The translations under genes and the position numbers were made by a program. From Cyanobacteriota bacterium (GTDB lineage Bacteria > Cyanobacteriota > Cyanobacteriia > Cyanobacteriales > Nostocaceae): DNA of 64,000 nt. Shown here one piece after another: positions 10,708-20,540 of this stretch. The first letter of the stretch is position 1. Every line of letters starts with the position of its first letter. The stretch is taken from assembly GCA_046045965.1 (NCBI GenBank), contig JBJOKS010000012.1, positions 64,001 to 128,000 of the forward strand. Reading direction: 5' to 3'. The notes under the pieces are model-generated. The model did no database searches. It saw only the letters and a list, made by a program, of their open reading frames with translations, and was not told the origin of the DNA.

Positions 10708-11286
10708 ATGCAGCCATCTCTTTTTGTAAAAATCGCTACAGTAGGTTTATTTTCTGTTGGGAGTTTCAGTGTAGCTGCGGGAAGTTTTCTCTTCACAAAA
10801 ACTTTAAGCAATACTGCAACAGCACAGATAATTACTGATATATCACGCTATCCAGAAATTCGCAATCAAAAATGGTCTGATATTCACCAAATAAAACATT
10901 TTCCTGTAGAAATTATAGGTGGTGCTAAGGCCTTATCTATGGCTTACTCTCCTGGTTTGATGCAAGGAAGCAGTTTTTTTCAAATCCGTCTTCAACAGCC
11001 TCCAGATCAGATTCAAAAATTACTTTCACAGTACAGTAAAATTGCAGTGCATCAGTATTGGGGAGGTGATACAAACGACCATATCAAACAGGCTAATGGT
11101 GTACCCACAACTTTTTTTTATACTGGCAAATCTGAGGATCTAGCTTTTCCCAATACATATCAAATATTGGTATTAAAGGCACAAGATCAAGGTCAGCCTG
11201 GGTTTCAATGGCAGCATGGTCATAGCTATGGAGTTGCTATTGATAGTTCAGCCTCAGAAATTATCTATTGGGTAGAGAAATGGTAA
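10708..11286 (+). CDS. Hypothetical exported protein
   Basis: 192-aa ORF with a signal-peptide-like hydrophobic N-terminus; no recognised motif. Confidence 0.7.
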   Translation: MQPSLFVKIATVGLFSVGSFSVAAGSFLFTKTLSNTATAQIITDISRYPEIRNQKWSDIHQIKHFPVEIIGGAKALSMAYSPGLMQGSSFFQIRLQQPPDQIQKLLSQYSKIAVHQYWGGDTNDHIKQANGVPTTFFYTGKSEDLAFPNTYQILVLKAQDQGQPGFQWQHGHSYGVAIDSSASEIIYWVEKW

Positions 11287-11386
11287 TTGGTAATTGGTAA
11301 TTGGTAATTGGTAATGGGTAATTAGTAAACTTCCTTCAGTCACCAGTCACCAGTCACCAGTCCCCAGTCCCCAGTCCCCAGTCCCT
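11281..11386. repeat. STRR heptamer tandem arrays (representative)
   Basis: (TGGTAAT)n, (CAGTCAC)n, (CAGTCCC)n. Similar arrays near 5487, 8500, 14413, 33056, 36060, 57297 and 61110-61285. Confidence 0.9.
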
Positions 11387-11493
11387 AACTATTACAGTTC
11401 GTTGCAAATCAATAAGCTAAGTAAAACAAATATGATAAGTTTTGATCATGTTCAGACAACCGCACAAAATTGATCAAGGAGAATACAGTGGCA

Positions 11494-11694
11494 ATGGAAT
11501 CAAATGTATTAACTGGCGCAGTTGCAGAAAACCAAGATATCAGTGAATATGTGGCGCATCTACAATTGCACATGACACTCCAAGCTCGCAACCTGGTTCC
11601 AACCCTCAAACATATACAAGAAGATAGTCGCCAACAGTTACTTCATCAAACCCAAGCTTACTTTGAAAAGCTGGCTTCTCGACAGGGTTTATAG
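11494..11694 (+). CDS. nblD: NblD-like small protein (phycobilisome degradation), 66 aa
   Basis: The C-terminus SRQQLLHQTQAYFEKLASRQG resembles the NblD C-terminus as I recall it. 66 aa from the ATG at 11494, with its own terminator downstream. Confidence 0.65.
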   Translation: MESNVLTGAVAENQDISEYVAHLQLHMTLQARNLVPTLKHIQEDSRQQLLHQTQAYFEKLASRQGL

Positions 11695-11739
11695 AACCGT
11701 TTATAATATAGAAAAATTTCACAAAAAAATCATAAAATA

Positions 11740-11794
11740 GAAGCAGAAATGATGCTGTCTACGCTGACAGTGTCATCACAATTTCTGCTTTTTA
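11740..11794 (+). terminator. Hairpin/intrinsic terminator after nblD
   Basis: AAGCAGAAAT-GATG-CTGTC...GACAG-..CATC-..ATTTCTGCTT followed by a T-run. Confidence 0.65.
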
Positions 11795-11929
11795 TGCTTT
11801 TTTCGGTATGTAGTTGCGAAAATCACTCTTTTGGAGCAATAGCTAGGAGTGAAAAGCCGTTAAGATTATTATTGCAGCAGTACCTCACCGATCGCAATTA
11901 GTAAAGGCTAAATGGCGGCTTGAATCAAA

Positions 11930-13162
11930 ATGAATTCACTACTTCCTCGAAATCTCAGCCTCGTAATTCGTCCCGTCCAATATCGGGATCTGGACGGTAT
12001 TGAACGCCTCACACAAGATTCCTTTGCGGATCTATCTCCCAAAGGCAGCTTTTTTACCATACAATGGCTGCGTCACTGGTTTGGGTTGCTCAAGTTTTTG
12101 AGTTGGTTTCCCAACCCATTACAATATCGCTTCTGTGGATTTGTAGCAGAACAAGGGCGATCGCTGCTGGCGATGATTCAAGTGTCACCATTTAACCGTA
12201 CCCGCAGCACTTGGCGCATTGACAGGGTGATGCTAGACCGTGCAGTTGATAAGCAAGGGGTAGGCTCACAACTGCTACGACACTGCTTTGAATCAATTTT
12301 AGAAGCTCGTACCTGGCTACTAGAAGTTAATATTAATGATGTTGAAGCCCTAGCACTTTATCGGCAAAATGGCTTTCAGCGGTTGGCAGAAATGACCTAC
12401 TGGGAAATTAGCCCAGAGTTACTGCGGGAATTAGCACAAGCAGAACCAGACTTACCCAACCTCTTACCAGTCAGTAATGCTGATGCACCATTGTTATATC
12501 AACTAGATACAGCATCCATGCCGCCTTTGGTACGTCAGGTTTTTGACCGCCACACCCATGACTTCAAAACCAGTTTATTTGGCGTTCTCTCTGATGCGAT
12601 TAAGCAATGGGTGACTAAAACAGAAGTTGTTAGCGGCTATGTGTTTGAACCCCAACGCAAAGCAGCTATTGGCTATTTTCAGGTACAACTTGACCGGAAA
12701 GGCGAAAATCCTCATGTAGCGAGTTTGACGGTTCACCCGGCTTATACCTGGTTGTATCCAGAATTATTATCCCAACTAGCTCGCATCGCCCAAGATTTTC
12801 CCCAACAAGGTTTACAACTGGCTTCCTCTGATTATCAGCCAGAACGGGAAGAATATTTAGAAAGAATTGGTGCTAAACGCATTGAACATACACTGATTAT
12901 GTCCCGCTCAGTTTGGCATAAAATCCGCGAATCAAAATTAGTTTCCTTGGAAGGAATTCAGTGGCCGGAAGTGCTGCAAGGACTACAACCAGCACGTAAA
13001 CCCATACCAGGGGGAATGTCATGGGTTCCCAAACACCAGCCCACCTCAGACCGCCCAGCACCAACTAAATCAGAAATTGTTGCATTTGGCAGTCAAAAAT
13101 TTCATAATATGGAAATATCTCGCCAATCTGAACCACCAGAGGCACAGCAGGAGAATAATTAG
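11930..13162 (+). CDS. GNAT family N-acetyltransferase (conserved cyanobacterial)
   Basis: KQGVGSQLL acetyl-CoA motif A; EVNINDVEALALYRQNGF. Confidence 0.88.
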   Translation: MNSLLPRNLSLVIRPVQYRDLDGIERLTQDSFADLSPKGSFFTIQWLRHWFGLLKFLSWFPNPLQYRFCGFVAEQGRSLLAMIQVSPFNRTRSTWRIDRVMLDRAVDKQGVGSQLLRHCFESILEARTWLLEVNINDVEALALYRQNGFQRLAEMTYWEISPELLRELAQAEPDLPNLLPVSNADAPLLYQLDTASMPPLVRQVFDRHTHDFKTSLFGVLSDAIKQWVTKTEVVSGYVFEPQRKAAIGYFQVQLDRKGENPHVASLTVHPAYTWLYPELLSQLARIAQDFPQQGLQLASSDYQPEREEYLERIGAKRIEHTLIMSRSVWHKIRESKLVSLEGIQWPEVLQGLQPARKPIPGGMSWVPKHQPTSDRPAPTKSEIVAFGSQKFHNMEISRQSEPPEAQQENN

Positions 13163-13163
13163 A

Positions 13164-13640
13164 GTGATACCTCAGCCGCAATCAAAATCTTTTATATCCG
13201 CCTTGGGTCTGGATGTCGGTAGCAAGCGCATCGGTCTGGCTGGGTGTGATGGTACTGGTTTGATTGCCACAGGTATAACTACAATAGAACGCAGATCCTT
13301 TCAAGAGGATGTAGAGCAAATACAACAAATTTTGCATGAACGCCAAGTTCAAGTTCTGGTGGTTGGTCTACCATATTCAATGGATGGATCTTTAGGGTTT
13401 CAAGCTCGACACGTCCAGAAATTTGCTAAGAGGTTGGCTAAAGCTGTGCAACTGCCTGTGGAATACGTCGATGAGCGATTAACTTCTTTTCAGGCAGAAC
13501 AAATGCTGATTGCGGAAAATCGCTCTCCATCACGTCATAAGGGTTTGATTGACCGGAAAGCCGCAGCTTTAATTTTGCAACAGTGGCTAGATGCTAGACG
13601 CAGCACCGCCAACAGATCAGTAGCATTTGTTGAGGATTAA
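13164..13640 (+). CDS. ruvX: Holliday junction resolvase-like RuvX/YqgF
   Basis: LGLDVGSKRIGLA, VVGLP, VDERLTS, DRKAAALILQ. GTG start at 13164 is in frame with the track ORF. Confidence 0.93.
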   Translation: MIPQPQSKSFISALGLDVGSKRIGLAGCDGTGLIATGITTIERRSFQEDVEQIQQILHERQVQVLVVGLPYSMDGSLGFQARHVQKFAKRLAKAVQLPVEYVDERLTSFQAEQMLIAENRSPSRHKGLIDRKAAALILQQWLDARRSTANRSVAFVED

Positions 13641-13765
13641 TACCTTTGAACATGGTATTCTAAAAACTATTACTCAACTGTATATCCAGCTTTTTAGCTG
13701 ACATTGGCTGTCATAAAACAGTTAAATGATTTGCATAGGTTTGAGTATTGATAAATTTACATAAT

Positions 13766-14344
13766 ATGACTATGTATTACTCTGAATTTTCTGAAGAACA
13801 TGATCGTGCTGATGCTGATGTTATTACCTTGACAGATGAAAAAGGGCGATCGCTCGAATGTTATATTGAGCATTCCCTCTCGGTAGACGGACAAGAATAT
13901 GTTTTACTTCTACCTGTTGATACCCCAATAGAAATTTTTGCTTGGGAAGGTGATGGCGAAGAAGAAGAAGCAATTTTGGTAGAAGATGATGCCATCATTG
14001 ACGAGATTTTTACCACCGCTCAAGCAGTTCTCTCTGAGCAAAATTTGATCATCAAAAATACTGCTTATGCTTTGACAGTAGCCGGTGAATTGCCACCAGT
14101 AGAAGAATCAGAAATCTTCACCCTAGAAATTGAAGATGAAGAAGCTGATTTGGAACCGGAGCAACTACAGCTACTGGCTAGTTTCTATCATCAAAACCAA
14201 GAGTATGCAGTTTACACCCCCCTCGATCCGCTGCTGTTTTTTGCCCGCATTACCAAGTTAGGTGAGCCTAAATTGCTCTCTCCCGAAGAATTCCGTCAAG
14301 TCCAACCGCTCTTAGAAGAACATCTGTTTAATCAGGTGGAATAA
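13766..14344 (+). CDS. DUF3727/DUF1292-type conserved acidic protein
   Basis: ITLTDEKGRSLEC...YVLLLPVD...YTPLDP; typical neighbour of cyanobacterial ruvX. Confidence 0.75.
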   Translation: MTMYYSEFSEEHDRADADVITLTDEKGRSLECYIEHSLSVDGQEYVLLLPVDTPIEIFAWEGDGEEEEAILVEDDAIIDEIFTTAQAVLSEQNLIIKNTAYALTVAGELPPVEESEIFTLEIEDEEADLEPEQLQLLASFYHQNQEYAVYTPLDPLLFFARITKLGEPKLLSPEEFRQVQPLLEEHLFNQVE

Positions 14345-14555
14345 TGAGCAAGTAAAATGAATTTTTCCATTGCTAATCTCCTCTTAATTAGCAGTGGAAT
14401 TTTGTTACAGTAGGCAGGAGGCAGGAGGCAGGAGGCAGGAGGCAGGAGGTAAATATTTTTCCCTATCTCCCCTACACCCTACACCCTACAGCCTATTCCT
14501 TGTCACCTGTCACCTGTTCCCTGTTCCCTGATGTATGAATTATGAATTATGAATT

Positions 14556-15098
14556 ATGATGACTTGGAATAATCTCTTACAGCCTGACTTGATTTTAGAA
14601 GGTTCAGTGTTGAACCTGACACCAGATATCATCCAACAATATGGACTCAAAGGGCTAGTATTGGATGTAGATGAAACCTTAGTACCAATTACTGTCAGTA
14701 CAGCTTCCCCAGAAATGCAAAAGTGGGTAGAAGAAATGCGTTGCTGTGCTGCACTGTGGTTAGTTAGCAACAACTTAAGTGAAACCCGAATTGGTAGTAT
14801 TGCTCGTTCTTTGAATCTCCCCTACTATCTGGGTGCTGCTAAACCCTCACGGCGCAAACTTAGGGCAGCACTGCAAGGTATGAATTTACCTGTACATCAA
14901 GTGGGTATGGTAGGCGATCGCTTGTTTACCGATGTTATAGCAGGTAATCGCTTAGGAATGTTTACAATCTTAGTAGAACCAATTGTTCATGCAGATACCG
15001 TCCTTCGTTCTCATCCTATCCGCAACTTTGAAGTCTGGGTATCAGAAATACTCGGCGCTTCTATCACTCCCAAGCACACAAAAATTAACAAAGATTGA
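14556..15098 (+). CDS. YqeG family HAD IIIA phosphatase
   Basis: LDVDETL, LVSNN, AAKP, MVGDRLFTDV motifs. Confidence 0.92.
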   Translation: MMTWNNLLQPDLILEGSVLNLTPDIIQQYGLKGLVLDVDETLVPITVSTASPEMQKWVEEMRCCAALWLVSNNLSETRIGSIARSLNLPYYLGAAKPSRRKLRAALQGMNLPVHQVGMVGDRLFTDVIAGNRLGMFTILVEPIVHADTVLRSHPIRNFEVWVSEILGASITPKHTKINKD

Positions 15099-15180
15099 TA
15101 AATCATTAGAAAACTAAATCTAAAGAAATACTTAAGAAATCTCAAGTTTCTCCCAAAATCGGAGACTATAAGTATTAATA

Positions 15181-15282
15181 ACATCGGGTCAAGCAAATAA
15201 AGACCCTAGACGATAACAGATAAACATAAACCCGTACAGCGTCAACCTTCACCATAGAGGGATTGGCGCTGTACAATTTTTT
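15181..15282 (+). ncRNA. Candidate small RNA or attenuator upstream of proB
   Basis: 5' hairpin ATCGGGTC...GACCC..CGAT and a strong 3' hairpin GTACAGCGTCAA...TTGGCGCTGTAC followed by AATTTTTT; TATAAG -10-like element just upstream. Confidence 0.4.
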
Positions 15283-15342
15283 AGGTATTGATAGGTGACA
15301 GGTGACAGAAGAGAATAACAAATAGCTAATGACTAATGACTA

Positions 15343-16452
15343 ATGACTAAAACAATTGTTGTTAAAATCGGTACATCTAGCCTGACGCAACCAGAAACGG
15401 GACAATTAGCCCTTTCTACTATTGCCAGCTTAACGGAAACCCTATGTAATTTAAGACACCAAAGGCATAATGTAATTTTAGTTTCCTCTGGTGCTGTGGG
15501 AGTGGGTTGTGCGCGTCTGGGTTTAACAGAACGTCCCAAGGCGATCGCCCTCAAACAAGCAGTAGCAGCAGTTGGGCAAGGTCGCTTAATGCGTATATAT
15601 GACGATTTATTTACTACCTTGCAACAACCAATAGCCCAAGTATTATTAACGAGAGCAGATTTAGTACAACGTAGCCGCTATCTTAATGCTTATAATACTT
15701 TTCAGGAATTACTAGGACTGGGAGTAATTCCCATAGTTAACGAAAATGATACAGTTGCAGTAGAAGAATTAAAATTTGGCGATAATGACACCCTTTCCGC
15801 CTTAGTTGCCAGCTTAGTCGAAGCAGATTGGTTATTTTTACTGACAGACGTTGATAGATTATATTCAGCAGATCCCCGGACTGTACCCGATGCTCGTCCT
15901 ATCAGTTTAATCAGTAATATGAAGGAATTAGCGGAATTACAGATTCAAACTGGGGGACAGGGTTCACAGTGGGGTACTGGGGGGATGGTAACAAAAATAT
16001 CCGCTGCCAGAATTGCGATCGCTGCGGGAGTGAGAACTGTAATAACTCAAGGACGTTTTCCCCACAACATTGAAAAAATTATTCAAGGGGAACTCATAGG
16101 AACACACTTTGCACCCCAACCAGAACCTACATCAGCGAGAAAACGCTGGATAGCGTATGGTTTAGTTCCAGCAGGGAAATTATATTTAGATGATGGTGCA
16201 ATTACAGCTATTTCTCAAGCAGGAAAATCCTTATTACCAGCAGGAATTAAAACAGTAGAAGGGGAATTTGATAACCAAGAAGCAGTGCAGATATGTGATA
16301 GTAATGGTAATGAAATTGCCAGAGGTTTGGTGAATTATAACAGCGAAGAACTACAAAAAATTCGTGGTTGTCATTCACGGGATATTGAAGGAATTTTAGG
16401 TTATGCAGGTGCAGAAACCGTCATTCATAGAGATAATTTAGTTTTAACATAA
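15343..16452 (+). CDS. proB: Glutamate 5-kinase
   Basis: [31 protein letters not shown] motifs and a PUA domain. Confidence 0.97.
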   Translation: MTKTIVVKIGTSSLTQPETGQLALSTIASLTETLCNLRHQRHNVILVSSGAVGVGCARLGLTERPKAIALKQAVAAVGQGRLMRIYDDLFTTLQQPIAQVLLTRADLVQRSRYLNAYNTFQELLGLGVIPIVNENDTVAVEELKFGDNDTLSALVASLVEADWLFLLTDVDRLYSADPRTVPDARPISLISNMKELAELQIQTGGQGSQWGTGGMVTKISAARIAIAAGVRTVITQGRFPHNIEKIIQGELIGTHFAPQPEPTSARKRWIAYGLVPAGKLYLDDGAITAISQAGKSLLPAGIKTVEGEFDNQEAVQICDSNGNEIARGLVNYNSEELQKIRGCHSRDIEGILGYAGAETVIHRDNLVLT

Positions 16453-16601
16453 AATCAATATTAGCCCCTTTTTTAAGGGGGGTTGGGGGGATATAATTTT
16501 TGGGAATCTTGCAATTCCTACAAGGTTTGATATGACTGAACCGCAAAGAACGCAAAGGACACAAAGGTAAGAGGATTTAAGAGAGTTGAATTTTTACCAT
16601 A

Positions 16602-16633
16602 AACTGTATTCCCTGTCAGAGACAGGGGACAAG
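16602..16633 (+). repeat. Direct repeat copy 1 (AACTGTATTCCCTGTCAGAGACAGGGGACAAG)
   Basis: 31/32 identical to 17556-17587; contains a CCCTGTC/GACAGGG hairpin. Confidence 0.85.
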
Positions 16634-16664
16634 AAAATATAAAGGTTGATAAATTAGCGGTAGC

Positions 16665-17039
16665 ATGGAGGTGTGGGTGAGTCGATTATCTGAAGAGGAG
16701 ATTTTTCAAGAAATTGGTAAAATAATTCAAAATTTTGACCTTTATCAATGTGATGATTGTGCTAGGGCTATATACCAATGGTTACAAAATAACAATATTC
16801 AAGCTAAAATTCTCAAATTAAAAACAAAAAACAGAACAGATGAATATATTTTGAGTAATCGTTTAGAAAGACAGGATATCACAAATTCAATTACACAAAA
16901 TGGTACTCATTATGGAGTGGAAGTTTTCGGTAAAGTTTTTGATAATCTCTCAGTTGAAGGAATGACGCGAGAAGATTGGGTGAATGATTTTGATTGTCTC
17001 AGCCGTGAGTTTATTATCACTGAAATAGATTTGCTATAG
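16665..17039 (+). CDS. Papain-fold toxin domain protein (Tox-PL-2-like)
   Basis: QCDDCA (Cys), NGTHYGV (His) and VFDN (Asp) in papain-like triad order. Confidence 0.7.
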   Translation: MEVWVSRLSEEEIFQEIGKIIQNFDLYQCDDCARAIYQWLQNNNIQAKILKLKTKNRTDEYILSNRLERQDITNSITQNGTHYGVEVFGKVFDNLSVEGMTREDWVNDFDCLSREFIITEIDLL

Positions 17040-17072
17040 TAAGAGAATCACAACCATAGTCAGGAGGTTAAT

Positions 17073-17441
17073 ATGGCAGGAATATATGAAGTTTTACAGA
17101 AAATCAAAGATAGACCAGGAATGTATATTGGTAATTCTTCCATTACTGTTTTACGTCATTTTTTAGTAGGATATAAATTCGCCAGGAATGAGTTAGGAGT
17201 GGAATTAAATCAGGAAGAAGCAGATTTTTACGAAAATTTTCAGCCTTGGATACAGCAACATTTTAATGTGAGAACTTCCAATTCTTGGGCGAATATTATT
17301 TTGCTATTTACTCGTGATGAAAAAGATGCTTTTAACAGGTTTTTTACTTTGTTAGAGGAATTTCAACAGCGTGATCAAAATCAAGATATAAAAGCTACGC
17401 GGAAAGAATTTGATCATGAAAACCTACTATCAAAATTATGA
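17073..17441 (+). CDS. Hypothetical protein, candidate immunity/antitoxin partner
   Basis: Strong RBS AGGAGG; KIKDRPGMYIG motif; lies directly downstream of the toxin-like gene. Confidence 0.7.
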   Translation: MAGIYEVLQKIKDRPGMYIGNSSITVLRHFLVGYKFARNELGVELNQEEADFYENFQPWIQQHFNVRTSNSWANIILLFTRDEKDAFNRFFTLLEEFQQRDQNQDIKATRKEFDHENLLSKL

Positions 17442-17473
17442 AAAATGATACAAATATATATTCTCCTCCTTCT

Positions 17474-17587
17474 CCTCGTTCCCAGGTTCTACCTGGGAAT
17501 GCAATCAAGAAGGCTCTGCCTTCTGCTAACATTAAACATGAGTCAGAGACTCATTAACTGTATTCCCTGTCAGAGACAGGGAACAAG
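17474..17587 (+). repeat. Multi-hairpin cyanobacterial dispersed repeat ending in direct repeat copy 2
   Basis: CTCGTTCCCAGG...CCTGGGAA, AGGCTCTGCCT, and terminal ...GACAGGGAACAAG; the ends are imperfect inverted repeats. Confidence 0.75.
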
Positions 17588-17590
17588 TAA

Positions 17591-19162
17591 TTAAACTTTT
17601 GCCTGATTCAAATTCACAACATCTTGTAATCTCGAAATCACAAAAGACTTCTCTAAATAAGAGAACAAACCACCAGCTTTTGGACCACGTTCTTTATTTA
17701 AAAACGCCAAATATAAGGCTTTAAAAGCATTCGCTGGAGGTATTTGTAATTCCTTAGTAGTTGAGAAAATCACAGTTTGCAATGCTTCCGCTTCCCAGTT
17801 AGCAGCATTTTCTAAATTCTCCGCTAACTTCTGTACATAAGTAACCTGTTCAGCAGTTAAGGTATTAGCTTTTTCGGGAACTTGTTCTAAGTAAAGAACT
17901 AACTTTTCTTCTTCATCAGCGTAATCTTGCAACCATTTTTGAGCAGAAGCGATTCTTTGATCTACAATGAATTGATCATACTCATTTAAAGGCTGTTGAC
18001 TACGTTGTACAACCTCATCCTGAATATTTAAACGCGGAACTTGCAACAGCGAAATCAATGTACTGTAATCAAAAGGTTGGAAAGGTTTAATTTCATCACC
18101 CAATTGAGCATAAAATAAAGACATTAATTCTTCAGTTAATTCAGAATTATCTTGATACTTACTAATTAAAGTATCGTAATCCCTAAATAACCGAGTAACT
18201 GTTTCATAGTTGGGAGAAAAATTAATTACTGTTCTGGGTTGCGTTCTTAACATTAAAAACCGTAATAACTCAGGTGGTAATAAATCCGCAATTTCCCTAG
18301 CACTAGAACCCACACCCTTAGATGAACTCATTTTTGTGCCATTAACAAGAATAAATTCATAAGGTGAATGAAAAGGCGGTTGTTTTTGTAAAACTTTGCG
18401 AGAAATAGCATTTGCAACATCCCTAGAACCACCTTTTTGAGAGTGGTCTTTTCCTGCCATTTCAATAGTTACACCTAACACATCCCATTTAGCTACCCAT
18501 TCCACTTTCCAGGGTAATTTACCATTACCATTAAAAGGAGAAACCCAACCAGAATGACCACAACCTTTTGTATAGTCAGTTGCATCTGGGTTACAAGTGT
18601 AAAAAACTTCTGAACCGTTATAATCTGTGGTTACAGTTGTGGCGATTTTACCGCAATTTTCACAAATAACTTGAAAAGGATACCAGTTATTGGGTCGGTC
18701 TGCTTTACTTACTTCTTTATATGCTTCTCTGACAAGATGAGCATTTTTTAAGAAAGTGTCAATGTGGGAATTAAGTTTACCAGAACGATATAAATCACGT
18801 AAAAAATAAGTTTCTGGTTTAATTCCTAAATACTCGAAAATTTCAAAAAATTCGCCAATGAAATATTTAGCATAATCACTCGCACCCTCACCAGGAGAAG
18901 GTACATTACACAGTGGAAAACCCAAATATGGTTTAAATTTTTCTTTGTCTAAATATTTGGGAACGGTATCCAACGCGTCGTAGTCATCCACACCGTACAT
19001 GAATTTTACGGGCTTACCTGCGTGTTTTAAGGCACGGTAAATAACGTCATGGATAACCACACCCCGCAATGATCCGACGTGTACTCTCCCTGAAGGAGTT
19101 TTAGAATCATTAACTACCTGGTAGCCTTGTGCATCAGCAGCGATTTTATCAGCCCAAAACAT
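17591..19162 (-). CDS. lysS: Lysine--tRNA ligase, class I (LysRS1)
   Basis: MFWAD start, KTPSGRVHVG (HIGH-like), DDYD, CENCG, KLPWKVEW, GKDH, KMSSSKG (KMSKS-like), RGPK. Confidence 0.95.
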   Translation of the reverse strand: MFWADKIAADAQGYQVVNDSKTPSGRVHVGSLRGVVIHDVIYRALKHAGKPVKFMYGVDDYDALDTVPKYLDKEKFKPYLGFPLCNVPSPGEGASDYAKYFIGEFFEIFEYLGIKPETYFLRDLYRSGKLNSHIDTFLKNAHLVREAYKEVSKADRPNNWYPFQVICENCGKIATTVTTDYNGSEVFYTCNPDATDYTKGCGHSGWVSPFNGNGKLPWKVEWVAKWDVLGVTIEMAGKDHSQKGGSRDVANAISRKVLQKQPPFHSPYEFILVNGTKMSSSKGVGSSAREIADLLPPELLRFLMLRTQPRTVINFSPNYETVTRLFRDYDTLISKYQDNSELTEELMSLFYAQLGDEIKPFQPFDYSTLISLLQVPRLNIQDEVVQRSQQPLNEYDQFIVDQRIASAQKWLQDYADEEEKLVLYLEQVPEKANTLTAEQVTYVQKLAENLENAANWEAEALQTVIFSTTKELQIPPANAFKALYLAFLNKERGPKAGGLFSYLEKSFVISRLQDVVNLNQAKV

Positions 19163-19337
19163 TTGTCATATATCTTTTCACAATCCCTCTATTTTAACTC
19201 TATGCTCAATTATTGATGATTTTTTTCTCAAAGTGAATTTTTTAACTAACCGCAGAGACGCAGAGGACACAGAGAGAAGAAAAAATGCTTAACTGAACTG
19301 TATTGGTTCATATACAGAATTTAAAGCAAATTGATGA

Positions 19338-20159
19338 TTACTGTTCATTTTTTGTCAATTCCTGTACAGCGTTTCTGGTAATTTCTTGGATGGTTGCTAA
19401 ATTTGGTGGTTGAGTTTCACTTTCCATATTTAACCATAAAAGATATTCAATATTTCCCGCAGGTCCTGTGATGGGAGAAAACGTTAAACCACGATATTTC
19501 CATCCTAATTCTAACGCAGTTTGTAAAACCTGAAAAATTGCATCGGCATGGTCTTTTGAATCACGCACTACACCTTTTTTACCTACACGGTTTTTACCAA
19601 CTTCAAACTGTGGTTTTACTAATAAAATTACTTCCCTTGGTGTTTGGGTTAAACGCCAAATTGCTGGTAAAACTTTAGTTAGGGAAATAAAGGAAACATC
19701 AACAACTGCTAAATCTGGAAATGTTGTTCCATCTGTATATAATTGTTCTGGTTCTAGTTCTCGTAAATTGGTACGTTCTTTTAAAATAACTCGTTCATCA
19801 TTTCTAATTTTCCAGTCAACTTGTCCATAACCCACATCAATTCCATAAACTTGGGTTGCACCATTTTGTAATAAACAATCTGTAAAACCACCTGTAGATA
19901 TTCCCCCATCTAAACAAATACGTTCATTGGCGGAAATTCCAAAAAAGGCTAAAGCTTTCGATAGTTTTTCGCCACCACGGGAAACAAAAGGAGGACGTTC
20001 TTTAACTACTATTTGTGCTGCTGTATCTACCTCAGTTCCAGGTTTATCTATCAGTTGTTCATTTACCTTCACTTCCCCAGCTTGAATTAGTCTTTGTGCT
20101 TGTTGACGGGAAGGACATAAACCCAAATCTACTAATAATGTATCTAGTCTTTGTTTCAT
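19338..20159 (-). CDS. tlyA: TlyA family rRNA 2'-O-methyltransferase
   Basis: S4 domain RLDTLLV, FVSRGGEKL, STGGFTD, DVSFISL, KPQFE. Confidence 0.95.
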   Translation of the reverse strand: MKQRLDTLLVDLGLCPSRQQAQRLIQAGEVKVNEQLIDKPGTEVDTAAQIVVKERPPFVSRGGEKLSKALAFFGISANERICLDGGISTGGFTDCLLQNGATQVYGIDVGYGQVDWKIRNDERVILKERTNLRELEPEQLYTDGTTFPDLAVVDVSFISLTKVLPAIWRLTQTPREVILLVKPQFEVGKNRVGKKGVVRDSKDHADAIFQVLQTALELGWKYRGLTFSPITGPAGNIEYLLWLNMESETQPPNLATIQEITRNAVQELTKNEQ

Positions 20160-20245
20160 ATAGCAGGGAACAGGGAACAGGGAACAGAGAAGAGATTTTG
20201 GGATATTTTACTTTTCGTTACATACTTCGTTTTTTTTCTGTTCAC

Positions 20246-20447
20246 CTACTTATATTCTCCTCTATATCTTCGTCCATATCCTTCGGATATATTAGCACCG
20301 AATAGATACAGCACTTCTTCTAATTTGTTGAACCATACCATATAACTCATCTTTGGGAAAAAGTTTAGTGAGGAAATAGCATCTTTGAGCAATATCCATT
20401 CCTTTTTGCCAAATTATTAAGTCTTTAAAGTCATTAATATCTGACAT
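20246..20447 (-). pseudogene. Four-helix-bundle (23S rRNA IVP-like) protein, frameshifted and truncated
   Basis: Manual translation gives MSDINDFKDLIIWQKGMDIAQRCYFLTKLFPKDELYGMVQQIRRSAVSI, then a frameshift, then ANISEGYGRRYRGEYK*. This matches the F.DL..WQ / FP.EE.Y....QIRRSA.SI.ANI.EG.GR family motif. Confidence 0.85.
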
Positions 20448-20540
20448 TCTTCCTGTTCCCTGTTCCCTGTTCCCTGTTCCCTTCTCTCAACTTATCACTT
20501 TAGCATAACAAGTACCGAAGAACCAAATTTTCTTGATTCC

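Noticed and set aside
15181..15282. Identification as a named sRNA or glutamine riboswitch
   Set aside because: No NtcA box at the expected position and no consensus I can verify; left unnamed.
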